The position numbers and the translations under genes are program-made. From NCBI GenBank assembly GCA_036148495.1, contig JAYYHK010000036.1, forward strand, positions 2,125 through 66,124: a stretch of DNA of 64,000 nt, in the 5' to 3' direction. This DNA is from Thermoplasmatota archaeon (GTDB lineage: Archaea > Thermoplasmatota > Poseidoniia > MGIII > CG-Epi1). Of the stretch, positions 10,223 through 20,720 are shown in pieces (the stretch's first letter is position 1; each line of letters opens with the position of its first letter). The notes under the pieces are model-generated. The model saw only the letters and a list, made by a program, of their open reading frames with translations. It was not told where the DNA came from and did not search any database.

Positions 10223-10771
10223 ATGGAATTGGAAGAAAAATTTGAAGAAACAAATAACGACGACGAATCTGTTGTCCCTGACGAAAAGTCAGTTGATGAA
10301 TTATCAGTTCTTAAGAAGGAATTGGAAGATGTGAAAGATAAATTTGCGCGTTCAATGGCTGATTTGGACAATTTTAAGAAGAGAATCGAAAGAGATCGTG
10401 AGCAACAAAATCTTAAAAGTAAAGGTTTAGCAGTATTAAACTTTCTTGAAGTTGTGGAATTAATAGATAAGGCATCTAACTCAGACTACCCTGATTTAGC
10501 CAGTGCTGTTGAAGGCATAGGTGGGATTCAAAAGTTTACTAAATCATTTTTAAAATCAATGAAAGTTGAAAGATTTAATCCTGTTGATGAACCCTTCGAT
10601 TTCCGTTTCCATGAAGCATTAACAACAGTAGTTAACGAAGATATTGAACCTCATACAATAGTGGATGTGATTCAAGCAGGATATTTAATTGAAGGAGAGC
10701 TACTAAGGCCTGCAAAGGTAGTAGTATCCAAAAAAGAAGAAAAAAAAGAACAAGAAGAAAAAGGTGAGTAA
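10223..10771 (+). CDS. grpE: Nucleotide exchange factor GrpE
   Basis: An acidic N-terminus, a coiled-coil, and the conserved C-terminal FDPxxHEA-like motif FDFRFHEALTTV. It lies directly upstream of dnaK. Confidence 0.9.
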   Translation: MELEEKFEETNNDDESVVPDEKSVDELSVLKKELEDVKDKFARSMADLDNFKKRIERDREQQNLKSKGLAVLNFLEVVELIDKASNSDYPDLASAVEGIGGIQKFTKSFLKSMKVERFNPVDEPFDFRFHEALTTVVNEDIEPHTIVDVIQAGYLIEGELLRPAKVVVSKKEEKKEQEEKGE

Positions 10772-10774
10772 AAA

Positions 10775-12640
10775 GTGGCAAAAGAAGTTATAATTGGCAT
10801 AGATTTAGGTACGACAAACTCTGAGGCAGCCTATCTCGAGGGAGGTAGACCTGTAATCATACCTTCAGCAGAAGGTTCGACCTTTGGTGGTAAGATGTTC
10901 CCGTCTGTAGTGGCATTTACCAAAGATGGTGAGAGAATTGTAGGAGACCCAGCTAAAAGGCAAGCAGTGTTGAACCCTGAAAACACAATAATGCACATCA
11001 AGCGTAAAATGGGAACAAAGCATAGAGTTAATATCAAAAAGAAAAAATATTCTCCAGAAGAAATTTCTGCTATGGTACTTCAAAAGATAAAAGCAGATTC
11101 TGAGGCTCATTTGGGAGTTGATATTGAAAAGGCAGTAATCACTGTGCCGGCTTACTTTAACGACAATCAAAGACAGGCAACTATAGACGCAGGAAAAATT
11201 GCAGGTTTGAAAGTTGAAAGAATAATTAACGAACCTACCGCAGCTGCACTCGCATATGGTCTAGATAAAGAAGGAGAGTACACAGTAGCAGTTTTAGATC
11301 TCGGCGGCGGTACTTTCGATGTTACTATTATGGAGATGGATAACGGAGTTTTTGACGTAATATCAACATCTGGTGATAATAACTTAGGAGGTACTGACAT
11401 GGATGATGCTCTTGTAGATTACTTAGCAGATTTGTTTAAGGAAGAAAATGGTATTGATTTAAGGGATGACCAAGCCGCACGACAGCGTCTGCATGATGCC
11501 GCAGAAAAAGCAAAGATAGAATTGAGTAACACTCTAAAATCCACTATTAATCTACCCTACATTTGGTCAGATTCAAGTGGTCCTAAGCATCTTGAGCATG
11601 ATTTTACTAGAGCTAAACTCGAAGATATTGTTGGCCCAGTAATTGCAAAATGTGAAAAACCGATTAAGCAAGCCTTCAAAGATGCTAAGATGAAGCCAGG
11701 CGACGTCGATAAAGTTATTCTTGTTGGAGGTCCTACAAGGATGCCAACAGTACAGGAGGCATTTGAAAAATTTGTTGGCAGAAAAGCTGAAAGAGGAGTT
11801 GATCCAATGCAATGTGTAGCAATGGGTGCTGCTATTCAGGCAGGTGTTCTTGCTGGAGATATCAAAGATGTTGTTCTACTTGATGTAACTCCTTTAACTT
11901 TAGGAATTGAGACAGAAGGCTCTGTAATGACTCCTTTGATTGATAGAAATACCACAATTCCAACTAATAAGTCTAAAATATTTTCAACGGCTGCAGATAA
12001 TCAGCCTGGAGTTGAAATCCATGTTCTACAAGGTGAAAGAACTATGGCTGCAGATAATGATACATTAGGGAAATTTCAGCTGGTTGGAATTCCTCCTGCA
12101 GCACGAGGAGTACCACAAATTGAAGTTAGCTTCGATATAGATCGCAATGGTGTAATGAATGTGACAGCTAAGGATTTAGGTACTAATAATGAGCAGAAAA
12201 TTGAAATTACCTCAAAATCTAATTTGAGCGATGAAGAGATTGAAGAAAAAGTCAAAGAAGCCGAGCAGTATGCAGATGAAGATAAACAAGCTAGAGAAGT
12301 AATTGAAACTAGAAATCAAGCCGAATCATTTATTTATGCTACAGATAAAGCGATTAAAGATCTTGGTGATAAAGTAGATGACAATACTAAAGTCTCTGTA
12401 GACGAAGCCAAAGAAAAATTGAAAGAGGCTATGAAAGGGGACGAACTTGAACCTATGCAGAAAGCATTTGAAGAATTTCAACAAGCGTCTCAAGCAGTAG
12501 CTGAAATGGCTTATCAACAAGCGGCTGAAGAACAAGCTAAGAATGAATCTGCAGATCCGGAATCAGCTGACAAGTCAGATTCTAAAGATGATGACAATGT
12601 TGTTGATGTAGACTACGAAGAAGTTGAAGAAGAAAAGTAG
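10775..12640 (+). CDS. dnaK: Chaperone DnaK (Hsp70)
   Basis: [27 protein letters not shown], and a length of 621 aa. Confidence 0.97.
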   Translation: MAKEVIIGIDLGTTNSEAAYLEGGRPVIIPSAEGSTFGGKMFPSVVAFTKDGERIVGDPAKRQAVLNPENTIMHIKRKMGTKHRVNIKKKKYSPEEISAMVLQKIKADSEAHLGVDIEKAVITVPAYFNDNQRQATIDAGKIAGLKVERIINEPTAAALAYGLDKEGEYTVAVLDLGGGTFDVTIMEMDNGVFDVISTSGDNNLGGTDMDDALVDYLADLFKEENGIDLRDDQAARQRLHDAAEKAKIELSNTLKSTINLPYIWSDSSGPKHLEHDFTRAKLEDIVGPVIAKCEKPIKQAFKDAKMKPGDVDKVILVGGPTRMPTVQEAFEKFVGRKAERGVDPMQCVAMGAAIQAGVLAGDIKDVVLLDVTPLTLGIETEGSVMTPLIDRNTTIPTNKSKIFSTAADNQPGVEIHVLQGERTMAADNDTLGKFQLVGIPPAARGVPQIEVSFDIDRNGVMNVTAKDLGTNNEQKIEITSKSNLSDEEIEEKVKEAEQYADEDKQAREVIETRNQAESFIYATDKAIKDLGDKVDDNTKVSVDEAKEKLKEAMKGDELEPMQKAFEEFQQASQAVAEMAYQQAAEEQAKNESADPESADKSDSKDDDNVVDVDYEEVEEEK

Positions 12641-12673
12641 GCAAGTATAAATTCCCCTTTTCTTTGTAGAATT

Positions 12674-13495
12674 ATGACTGACAAAGTCTCTTTTACAAAT
12701 TTTGGAAGAAGACGTAAAGTTCGTAAAATTAAGCGTAAAAAGACACAAGGTTCTAGCATAGTAGCTACGCCAAGAGACCGTTCAGCCACAGTACCAGTGC
12801 AAGAATCAGTAAGTAATTTTGCTCCAAATTCAAATAAATTTAAGTTTCCTCTTCTTGAAATATCAGTAACACAAGTGAATCCTTCTGGGAAAGATTCATG
12901 GTGTGAGATGCAAGTCTCCTTGCGCAATATTGGTAACGGAGCAGCTCGTTCAATTACAATTTCCTTTGATAATTTAGAATCAAGAGGAAAAACTGTGGTC
13001 GATGAGTTGGAAGTTGATTCAAATATAATTCTTGATCTTGAAGTCAAATCAAGTTCTAGAGAATCTTCGATAACAAGAATGGATGTATTTTATCACACAA
13101 TAGAGGGGGATACATTTTCAATAGTCAGGAGAGACTGGTTTCCAAACGAAAACAGGAATGAAATTATTTTTCATAATGAAATTCCACCTGGAGAGGAAGC
13201 TAAAGCTAATTTATACTCCAGGAAAGAAGTTATGTCAGATGATTTTCACATAATATGTACTAAGTGTGAAGCTAGATCTCCGGCTAATTTTAGAATATGT
13301 GGCAAGTGTGGCTCTAGACTTCAAAAACGAGCAGATAGGTCACAAGATTGGGGTAGTAATCTCAAAGAGACAACAGCTGTACAAGATAACCGGGAAGTTT
13401 TAATGCAGAAATTGCGAAAACTTGGTGATCTGAAAGAGAAAGGCATGTTGAGCGATGATGAATTTTCAGCGGCTAAATCAAAGCTACTTAGGTAG
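12674..13495 (+). CDS. Hypothetical protein with a CARDB/NEW3-like segment, a C4 zinc ribbon and a C-terminal SHOCT domain
   Basis: CTKCEARSPANFRICGKCGS forms the zinc ribbon. The C-terminal KGMLSDDEFSAAKSKLL is a SHOCT motif. An internal VSLRNIGNGAARSITISF resembles the N-x-G-N-G motif of the surface-protein repeats. The N-terminus is basic (GRRRKVRKIKRKK). Confidence 0.55.
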   Translation: MTDKVSFTNFGRRRKVRKIKRKKTQGSSIVATPRDRSATVPVQESVSNFAPNSNKFKFPLLEISVTQVNPSGKDSWCEMQVSLRNIGNGAARSITISFDNLESRGKTVVDELEVDSNIILDLEVKSSSRESSITRMDVFYHTIEGDTFSIVRRDWFPNENRNEIIFHNEIPPGEEAKANLYSRKEVMSDDFHIICTKCEARSPANFRICGKCGSRLQKRADRSQDWGSNLKETTAVQDNREVLMQKLRKLGDLKEKGMLSDDEFSAAKSKLLR

Positions 13496-13496
13496 C

Positions 13497-15035
13497 CTAT
13501 ACAGCTTCTGCATCAAGAACGTCATCGTCAAAATTACCGTCTGATACTGGTCCTTTTTTCACAGAATCAGCTACTTTGTTGTTTAGGAAGAATATGAAAA
13601 TTACTAAGATTATGGCCCATTGAATTACCATAGTAATAATTGTGAAAAGCCCTAGCCCCATTCCCTCTATTGGGGAATTACTTTGATCCTGTAGTTTTTC
13701 ATAAATGAAAAATCCGAAAACAGCGATAAATTCAAGAGGAAACACGTATTTGATTATATATTCCCACCATTTACCTATTTGTAAATCAGCATATTTGGTA
13801 TTAATGAGGTTGTTTCTGAAGTCACTTACGCCAAATCTCATGACTACAACTGCCACCATTAATCCAGATACAATTAGTCCAGTGCCCCATACAAAGTCTT
13901 GATTGTCTAAAAATTCTAAGCTTACTGCTGAAGGTATGCCGGCAAGGGCAACTGCCAGAGCAATGTATCTTACAGCTTCTTTTCTTTCCCAACCCATGTC
14001 TACGAAATTAACAACACAGGCTTGGAATGTAGAAACCATAGATGTTAATGCAGCGAATGACATTGCCAAGAAAAAAACACTACCAATTATCCATCCAGCA
14101 GTTCCCATAGATGCGAATAGAGCAGTTAAGTGGATGAAAGTGAGGCCTGAAGATCCTGATTCAACGGCTTCCAGACCTTCAGCAGTTGAGCCAGACAGTG
14201 CAAAAACGGTACTTAGTACTGCAACTCCTGCTATCAGTGAAACTGAATTGTTACCTAAGCCTGTTAGGAAAGCATTTAGTCCAATATCTTCTTTTTTCCT
14301 CATAGCAACAGCATAAGTAATAGCCATACCAAATCCTGCAGATGTGGACCAAGCAGATTGAATTAGTGCTCTAATCCATGTCTCACTCCTGAAAAGGTAT
14401 TCAGTTTGAGGAATAAATAGAAACTTAAGGCCAATTATAGCACCTGATGGATTCAGGAAGAATGGATAAATCATAGCCACAACAAGGAAAGAAATTAAAC
14501 ATGGAATCAGAATTTTGTTAGCTCTTTCTATACCGCTGATTCCATTGTAAACAATAAATGCAGAAAGTCCTACTGCAATTAGCTGAAAAAATATTACCTC
14601 GAAAGGTGAAGAAATAAAATTTTCCCATAATGCTTGGGTTTGTGCAGTATCATCTGCGGCACTCATTTCTCCAGATATAGCAATCCAGAAGTAGCGAATA
14701 GTCCATCCCATAACCACAGCATAGTAGAATCCTACGGCAGTACCTACCCAAAGCATCCAAATTCCCAGCCAAGTGAAATTACGTCCAGCCATATCTCTCA
14801 TAGCGCCAACAGTACCTAGCCTAGTTTTCTTTCCAATAGCAAATTCAGCTATCAAAAGGGGAATTGACCAAGCAAATAGAAACAGGAGCCATCCGATCAT
14901 GAAAGCCCCTCCACCATTAGCAGCAGCTTCTCTGGGGAATCGCCAAATATTACCAGTTCCTACAGCAGCTCCTATGGTTGTTAAAATAAGTCCTAATCTT
15001 GACGAGAATTGTTCATTTTCTTTTCCATCAGCCAT
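13497..15035 (-). CDS. Sodium:neurotransmitter symporter family (NSS/SLC6) transporter
   Basis: The hallmark GTGNIWRFP lies near the N-terminus. The protein has about 12 TM segments and is 512 aa long. Confidence 0.9.
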   Translation of the reverse strand: MADGKENEQFSSRLGLILTTIGAAVGTGNIWRFPREAAANGGGAFMIGWLLFLFAWSIPLLIAEFAIGKKTRLGTVGAMRDMAGRNFTWLGIWMLWVGTAVGFYYAVVMGWTIRYFWIAISGEMSAADDTAQTQALWENFISSPFEVIFFQLIAVGLSAFIVYNGISGIERANKILIPCLISFLVVAMIYPFFLNPSGAIIGLKFLFIPQTEYLFRSETWIRALIQSAWSTSAGFGMAITYAVAMRKKEDIGLNAFLTGLGNNSVSLIAGVAVLSTVFALSGSTAEGLEAVESGSSGLTFIHLTALFASMGTAGWIIGSVFFLAMSFAALTSMVSTFQACVVNFVDMGWERKEAVRYIALAVALAGIPSAVSLEFLDNQDFVWGTGLIVSGLMVAVVVMRFGVSDFRNNLINTKYADLQIGKWWEYIIKYVFPLEFIAVFGFFIYEKLQDQSNSPIEGMGLGLFTIITMVIQWAIILVIFIFFLNNKVADSVKKGPVSDGNFDDDVLDAEAV

Positions 15036-15037
15036 TT

Positions 15038-17398
15038 CTAACTCCTTTTAGCTTTCCTTGAGCTCTTCTTAGGAGTTGAGACGTTTCCTTCCTTTTTCTT
15101 TTCAGCTTCAGTGGCAATACCAACAGCCTTGTACAAGCCGCCCCAAACAACACCGTATAGTATTCCCATCATAAATATCATCGCGAAAAAGTCTACGTAA
15201 GGATTACCAAATCCAATTATGTCATCGACAAAAATTGTAATAGGCTCAGCACTTCCATATCCGGTAAAAACAAAACCTCCACCGAATGCATATGCAAGTC
15301 TAGAATCTTGACCCACGGCATAGAATTGCACGTCCATCGAGTCCTCAGTTTCAGGTATTTTAGCTTCGTATACTGAATTTCTTACGTTTACAAATCCAGA
15401 GCTGCTGTTGTAGTTTGAATAATCCTTAGAATCACAGTTGGTTATACAAGACATTGTAATTTCATTCCACATATCTTCCTGCATTTGCTCTGTCCTATAC
15501 ATCAATTTTAAAGATTCCTGCAGAAGATACTGCGAATTTTCAACACTTACTTTAACGGAGATATCATCATTAGAGTACATTCTATCTTCATCAAATTCAA
15601 CGCTTGAGTCAGTACCAAAACCCACTTTTTCGGCGTCTTTGTTAGAAAGAATTGTCAGTTTTGGCATCATAGTATCTTCAGGGGAATTTATCGAGTCTAC
15701 TCCTAAGTTCCCGGTGTCTGACGTAATCATTTGTCCGATTCTTGCTTTAGGAGATTCATCTAAAAAGTGAATATTTGTTAGAAGATGCATCCTGACAGTT
15801 GGCCTAATGAGCAATGGGTCTGCATGGAATCCACTTGTCAAGCCCCCCTGACTACCACATTCGTTTAGCTCAACAGTATATGAGAATGAGCCTTGCATTC
15901 CATACAGATAATCGTTAATATCTCCAGAAACTTTGTACCCTCCTTGATCTTTCCAGTTTCCATAACCTGTGACATTCATTAATGGTTTAACTTGATTTTC
16001 CATGTAAAGTTCATGAGGAGGGTCTTGGTCCTTGTAACCCCATGGCCAAATGTAAAGGGCTGAGCATGAATGGTACGAAACGGAATTCATAAAATTGTGT
16101 TTCATATCATGTGCTTCGGTTCTATAATTTCTAATAAAATCACCATCTGGTGCAGTTACAAACATTTCAGGCCAATTATCTCTTATAAATCCATTTTCAT
16201 AATCTTCGAGATATTTATCTTGAGGATAGTCGTCATAAATATCAAGTCTCCATGTTAAGTATTCGATAACCTGGGTTTCAGGCTCAGAAAAGCCCCCTTC
16301 ACGATCCTCATCAATCATTCCGTCTCCGTCATCATCAATATGTAGTGCATCCGGAGGATCTTCATCAATTCCAGTTTGTGTATTTTGGTCGCCAATACTT
16401 ATCGGAGTATCACACAGGTCACTATCGCAGTCGCCGTCGTCGTCAAATAAATCTCTTGGACCGTGATATACATCTGAGCATGGGTTATCGTCATCGACAG
16501 TGAATTCGACCTCTAAATCATCTCCAATGACGGCTTGTCCCTGAGTGTTGTGAGACCATTCCATAGGATAATTACGATTAATATCAACGCCGTCACATTC
16601 GTCTCCATATCTGTCATTTCCGTCATTATCACGCATATTTTTACGCCAAAATCTGTCCGGGTCTTCTCTATCAAAATTATACCCATCGGGATTTAAAAGT
16701 GGAATAATCCAAGTTTCACGGTTGTTTACTAAATGTGTTACGCGAGCTTCACTAGGATCTTCGTCAATTCCTTCGTCAATAATACCATCTCCATCATTAT
16801 CTATTCCATCGAATAATGCCCGTCCAAATTCATCAACTCTACCACCTTGCTCTCCATCACCGTCATTATCAACACCATCAATCATGTCTTCATTTACTAG
16901 CCCATCTCCGTCATTGTCAATAGGGCCTTCTCCGTAGAAATAAGTTAGATAGTGTATGAAATACATTACAGTTGGAATCGTCATCCATTCTCTGGAATGA
17001 TGATTACTAACTAAGAAATATGTTTCTTCATCGGGGTCATCATAGAAATCAGGTTCGTTAGCTACATTATCTGAAATTTTAACTCCGTAGATCTCATTTC
17101 CTTGCCAAGTCTGACCAGCAGGAATTATATCGGTTAATGTATATAGCTCTACAATGTCAGGATATTGAGTTGCAAATTCTAATAGCTGTGCATAAACTTC
17201 AGCCGAGGTTTCATAATAGTCGTCATAAAATATATCGAATGGGAACGTAATAGTTCTATCTATGGTGTCATTTTCATGACCATCAAACCCTTTTGGATAA
17301 TCATTAATCTTTGTAACTACAGGTTCATCTAGAGACCCTGTACTAACAGTGGTCAAACACAGCATGAGAACTATCGACATTGTATAAGCTTGATTCAT
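15038..17398 (-). CDS. Secreted, membrane-anchored M14 zinc carboxypeptidase carrying Asp-rich calcium-binding (thrombospondin type-3-like) repeats
   Basis: An N-terminal signal peptide is followed by the M14 zinc-ligand motif HSREW and several DNDGDG / DDDGDG repeats. A C-terminal TM helix precedes a Lys-rich tail (KKKEGNVSTPKKSSRKAKRS). Confidence 0.8.
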   Translation of the reverse strand: MNQAYTMSIVLMLCLTTVSTGSLDEPVVTKINDYPKGFDGHENDTIDRTITFPFDIFYDDYYETSAEVYAQLLEFATQYPDIVELYTLTDIIPAGQTWQGNEIYGVKISDNVANEPDFYDDPDEETYFLVSNHHSREWMTIPTVMYFIHYLTYFYGEGPIDNDGDGLVNEDMIDGVDNDGDGEQGGRVDEFGRALFDGIDNDGDGIIDEGIDEDPSEARVTHLVNNRETWIIPLLNPDGYNFDREDPDRFWRKNMRDNDGNDRYGDECDGVDINRNYPMEWSHNTQGQAVIGDDLEVEFTVDDDNPCSDVYHGPRDLFDDDGDCDSDLCDTPISIGDQNTQTGIDEDPPDALHIDDDGDGMIDEDREGGFSEPETQVIEYLTWRLDIYDDYPQDKYLEDYENGFIRDNWPEMFVTAPDGDFIRNYRTEAHDMKHNFMNSVSYHSCSALYIWPWGYKDQDPPHELYMENQVKPLMNVTGYGNWKDQGGYKVSGDINDYLYGMQGSFSYTVELNECGSQGGLTSGFHADPLLIRPTVRMHLLTNIHFLDESPKARIGQMITSDTGNLGVDSINSPEDTMMPKLTILSNKDAEKVGFGTDSSVEFDEDRMYSNDDISVKVSVENSQYLLQESLKLMYRTEQMQEDMWNEITMSCITNCDSKDYSNYNSSSGFVNVRNSVYEAKIPETEDSMDVQFYAVGQDSRLAYAFGGGFVFTGYGSAEPITIFVDDIIGFGNPYVDFFAMIFMMGILYGVVWGGLYKAVGIATEAEKKKEGNVSTPKKSSRKAKRS

Positions 17399-17612
17399 CT
17401 AACATTACATTAGAGGCTTACATTATAAAATTTCTTCAATAGATATCTTCATTAATATTGTCCAAAGTAATAGATAATGCTTAAGTGTAAAGACTGCCCA
17501 CATTGGTATGGTGGTGAAGACCATGGATTCGGTAGCTGTAGGCTTAAGTTGCAAGTAAAAAAAAAGAAATTTTTAACTTTTGGACAGCAAGATTGTGATG
17601 AGGGATATTTAG

Positions 17613-18464
17613 ATGGTTAAAGTCAGAAATCTCCTCGAATCTGATCTAGATAATGCCAAGTATTTAACAGATTCTGAGGATTGGGGGAATTCAAAAAGTG
17701 ACTGGGTGCGCTTATTCAAAATGAGCACACCTCTAGGTGCCTATCAAAATGATAAATTGGTTGGAGTTACTACGGCATTTGATTTTGGCAGTTTGGGGAT
17801 GATTGGAAATGTTATTGTTTCGGCTAAGTTTAGAGGCAAAGATATTGGGAGCAAACTAGTAACTGAGGCAAAGAAGAGACTTGAATCTTGCGATTCAGTG
17901 CGAGTTCATTCAAACATGAATTCGACAAGGTTTTACAAAAAATTGGGTTTTACTCCCGAAGGTATGTCAACATTATTTCGATTAGATGCAGAGTTAAAAG
18001 AGTTTCAACCTTTTGCTATTGATTCGGATGATAATATAGTTCCTGCGGAAGGATACCTTGATGAAATTTTAGAAATGGATCAGAGACAGTTTGGGGGAGA
18101 TAGATCTGAGCTTATCAAAGATTTCATTAGAAACTTACCACAATGTGCATTTGTGGCGCTGGATGAAAATCAAGTCGTCAAAGGATTTATTGTTGTTAAA
18201 GGAGATGAAAACTGGTACGAAGTTGGCCCATGGGTTGTTGAGCCAGGATGTAAAAATTGGAGAGGTATGCTTCAGAAATCAGTATTTGCTATCCCACCAA
18301 AGTCTACGGTTGATATATTTGTCCCAGCACCAAATCACCGTATCACGAGCCTACTTGATTCGGTTGGGTATAATGCTGATTCTTACTATATGTCAATGTT
18401 TTACGGTAATGATTGGCCGGATGAATCAAACATATGCGCTAGAGGAGGAGGTGACAAAGGTTGA
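17613..18464 (+). CDS. GNAT-family N-acetyltransferase with a C-terminal extension
   Basis: An acetyl-CoA-binding-like segment VIVSAKFRGKDIGSKLV...FYKKLGF. The protein is 283 aa. Confidence 0.65.
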   Translation: MVKVRNLLESDLDNAKYLTDSEDWGNSKSDWVRLFKMSTPLGAYQNDKLVGVTTAFDFGSLGMIGNVIVSAKFRGKDIGSKLVTEAKKRLESCDSVRVHSNMNSTRFYKKLGFTPEGMSTLFRLDAELKEFQPFAIDSDDNIVPAEGYLDEILEMDQRQFGGDRSELIKDFIRNLPQCAFVALDENQVVKGFIVVKGDENWYEVGPWVVEPGCKNWRGMLQKSVFAIPPKSTVDIFVPAPNHRITSLLDSVGYNADSYYMSMFYGNDWPDESNICARGGGDKG

Positions 18465-19657
18465 AATTCTTCAACACACTTACTGGTAAAAAAGAGGATT
18501 TTCTTGCTGATTCTAATAATATAGGATTATACATCTGTGGCCCTACAGTCTATTCAAAAACACATCTTGGTCATGCAAAATCATATGTTTCTTTTGACAT
18601 TTTGAAAAGGTGGTTATCCTACAAAGGATATGAAGTAACACACATACAAAACTTCACTGATGTTTCAGATGAAACCGCTCTTGGAGCTTTAAAGGAAGGG
18701 ACTGACGAAGAAAGTTTTACCCAGAAATATGAAGATGAGTTTTTGGACAAAATGAAAAAATTATCCAATACATTTGCAACAAAATACACAAGAGCCTCAG
18801 AGTTCGTCAATCAAATAGCTATGGAAACTAAAAAACTACTTGATTCTGGTGATGCATACCAAACACAGAAAGGTGTTTTTGTAAGAATTAAACAGGAAGA
18901 ACATGGTAAATTATTACGAGTTAATCTTGAGGAATCATTAGTTGAAAAGACCTGTGATGTAGATTCAGGTCCTAAGGAAAGCCCGCATGATACCTTGCTA
19001 TGGGGTCCTCCTTTGGAAGGTGGTAAATCTTGGGAAGTCGAAGGATTGCCGCCAGGAAGACCAGGATGGCATTTGGAATGCACTCTAATGTCATCTTCTG
19101 AGTTAGATTTACCAATTGATATTCATTGGGGTGGAATAGATTTGATTTATCCGCATCATGAAACTGAAATGATTTTAGCTGAAAAATTAGGACTAGGTAA
19201 TTATTGTGATTTTTGGATGCACAATGGATTAATGGAAGACGCTGAGGGCAAACTATCAAAATCTAGAGGCGAAAGGATAACCTTAGAAGAAGTTTTTGAG
19301 GAATGTCCGCCAGCATCATTAAGATTTTATTTGCTGAGTTACCATTATCGAGATTTTACGCCTTACACACCTAGTGCACTTTTAGAAGCTTGTAACGAAG
19401 CTGAAAAGTTGGGAATTAATGCTGTAGACTGTATGATTGTTGATCCGACAGATCCTAGGGAAGATGAAGAATTAGTATCTCTAGTTTCAGAATTCGAAGA
19501 AGCACTAGCTGATGATCTTGATACACCTAGAGCTCTTAAAGTATTGCGAGATTTAGATAAGATAGCAGGAAAACGCTTAAGAGATAACAACAATTTAGGA
19601 CCAGTTTCAGGTATGTATAGTATTTTTGAATGTGTCTTAGGTTTGTTTTCTAATTGA
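18461..19657 (+). CDS. cysS: Cysteinyl-tRNA synthetase (short form)
   Basis: The HIGH motif HLGHA and the KMSKS motif KLSKS are present, with zinc-site residues (CG...HLEC...HHETE). The TTG start overlaps the GNAT stop and is preceded by AGGAGGAGGTGA. The C-terminal DDLDTPRAL belongs to the anticodon-binding domain. Confidence 0.9.
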   Translation: MKFFNTLTGKKEDFLADSNNIGLYICGPTVYSKTHLGHAKSYVSFDILKRWLSYKGYEVTHIQNFTDVSDETALGALKEGTDEESFTQKYEDEFLDKMKKLSNTFATKYTRASEFVNQIAMETKKLLDSGDAYQTQKGVFVRIKQEEHGKLLRVNLEESLVEKTCDVDSGPKESPHDTLLWGPPLEGGKSWEVEGLPPGRPGWHLECTLMSSSELDLPIDIHWGGIDLIYPHHETEMILAEKLGLGNYCDFWMHNGLMEDAEGKLSKSRGERITLEEVFEECPPASLRFYLLSYHYRDFTPYTPSALLEACNEAEKLGINAVDCMIVDPTDPREDEELVSLVSEFEEALADDLDTPRALKVLRDLDKIAGKRLRDNNNLGPVSGMYSIFECVLGLFSN

Positions 19658-20096
19658 TTTTTTTTAAAATTAAGTCTGTAACTTCACAATCGGGTAATTT
19701 TTTTTCCATTAGCCAACCATACCATTCAATTGATATTTTAGCACCATTATCTGTTTTTTTAGCTTTGAGAATTCTATCATTTGCAATAGTTTTTCCGTCT
19801 AGCAATATGCCATTTTTCCCGAATGCAAATGGCCGAGGATATCCTAGATATATCAAACTCAAAATTAACAGAGCCAATGATAAATAAATATCGACTCCTT
19901 GAGCATAATCAAGAGAGATGATAAAAATCATAGTGCTAGGAATCAGTAATCCATTGATTCCCTTTCTCTCAATCTCCTTCCAAAAATCTAGTGTAATAAT
20001 TTTACTGTCAGGTTCAGGTTTTCGAAAGAGAATGGCTACATCATACAACAGTACAATTAGTAAAATTATTTTTGCAAATTGTAATAAATCATCCAT
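19650..20096 (-). CDS. Hypothetical membrane protein with a PH-like domain
   Basis: Two or three TM helices plus a GKNGILLDGKTIANDRIL segment. It overlaps the tmk start. Confidence 0.45.
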   Translation of the reverse strand: MDDLLQFAKIILLIVLLYDVAILFRKPEPDSKIITLDFWKEIERKGINGLLIPSTMIFIISLDYAQGVDIYLSLALLILSLIYLGYPRPFAFGKNGILLDGKTIANDRILKAKKTDNGAKISIEWYGWLMEKKLPDCEVTDLILKKIN

Positions 20097-20673
20097 TTCT
20101 GACCTCAGAAACTAGTCTCCAAACTTCATCAAAAATTACCTCAGGAGTCCTTGTAGCATCTATAATTCGAACTAAAGAATCATCTTCTAAATCTAGGTAA
20201 GCCTTCCGAACTTTTTCCAAGTGTTCTTCTTTTTCGAACACATCAGCGACACTATGGCTTCTAACGCGTTTCATTGCTAAATCAGCAGGTAAATCGAAGA
20301 TCAGTACAATATCTGGTTTAGGCGCAAATTCATTATCTCTCCTTATTCTGTTAACATCAATTCCTGCAGCTGCTTGATATGCCATTGTGGAATAATAATA
20401 CCGATCCATAAGAACAATCTTGCCATCATCAAGAGCCGGTTTAATTTTTTGATTAACATGCTCTTTGCGATCTAAGACAAATAATTCCAAAATTTCTTCA
20501 GTGGTAGCTTCAATATTTCCACTTAGCATTTCCCACAGTTTTTGTCCATACTTTCCATTTGTTGGTTCTTTCAGTAATATTGTTTCTTCCTTGTTACGCT
20601 CAAATTTATCCATTAAAAATTGAGACTGTGTAGACTTTCCACATCCGTCAATTCCTTCTAGATTTATGAGCAC
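20089..20673 (-). CDS. tmk: Thymidylate kinase
   Basis: A P-loop EGIDGCGKST begins at residue 5, and the length is 194 aa. Confidence 0.9.
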   Translation of the reverse strand: MLINLEGIDGCGKSTQSQFLMDKFERNKEETILLKEPTNGKYGQKLWEMLSGNIEATTEEILELFVLDRKEHVNQKIKPALDDGKIVLMDRYYYSTMAYQAAAGIDVNRIRRDNEFAPKPDIVLIFDLPADLAMKRVRSHSVADVFEKEEHLEKVRKAYLDLEDDSLVRIIDATRTPEVIFDEVWRLVSEVRNG

Positions 20674-20720
20674 AATATATGCACAGGAAGGGTCTTAATT
20701 AGGGGATTTGTTGGTAATTT

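Noticed and set aside
13903-14316. 137-aa plus-strand ORF inside the SNF transporter gene
   Set aside because: It is antisense to a high-confidence transporter (GTGNIWRFP), so it is a shadow ORF.
17399-17612. Candidate C/D-box sRNA or other ncRNA in the 214-bp divergent gap (GTGATGA at 17593, CTGA at about 17640)
   Set aside because: No C'/D' boxes or guide-length spacing are present. The CTGA lies inside the GNAT coding region. The segment is most likely just a divergent promoter region.
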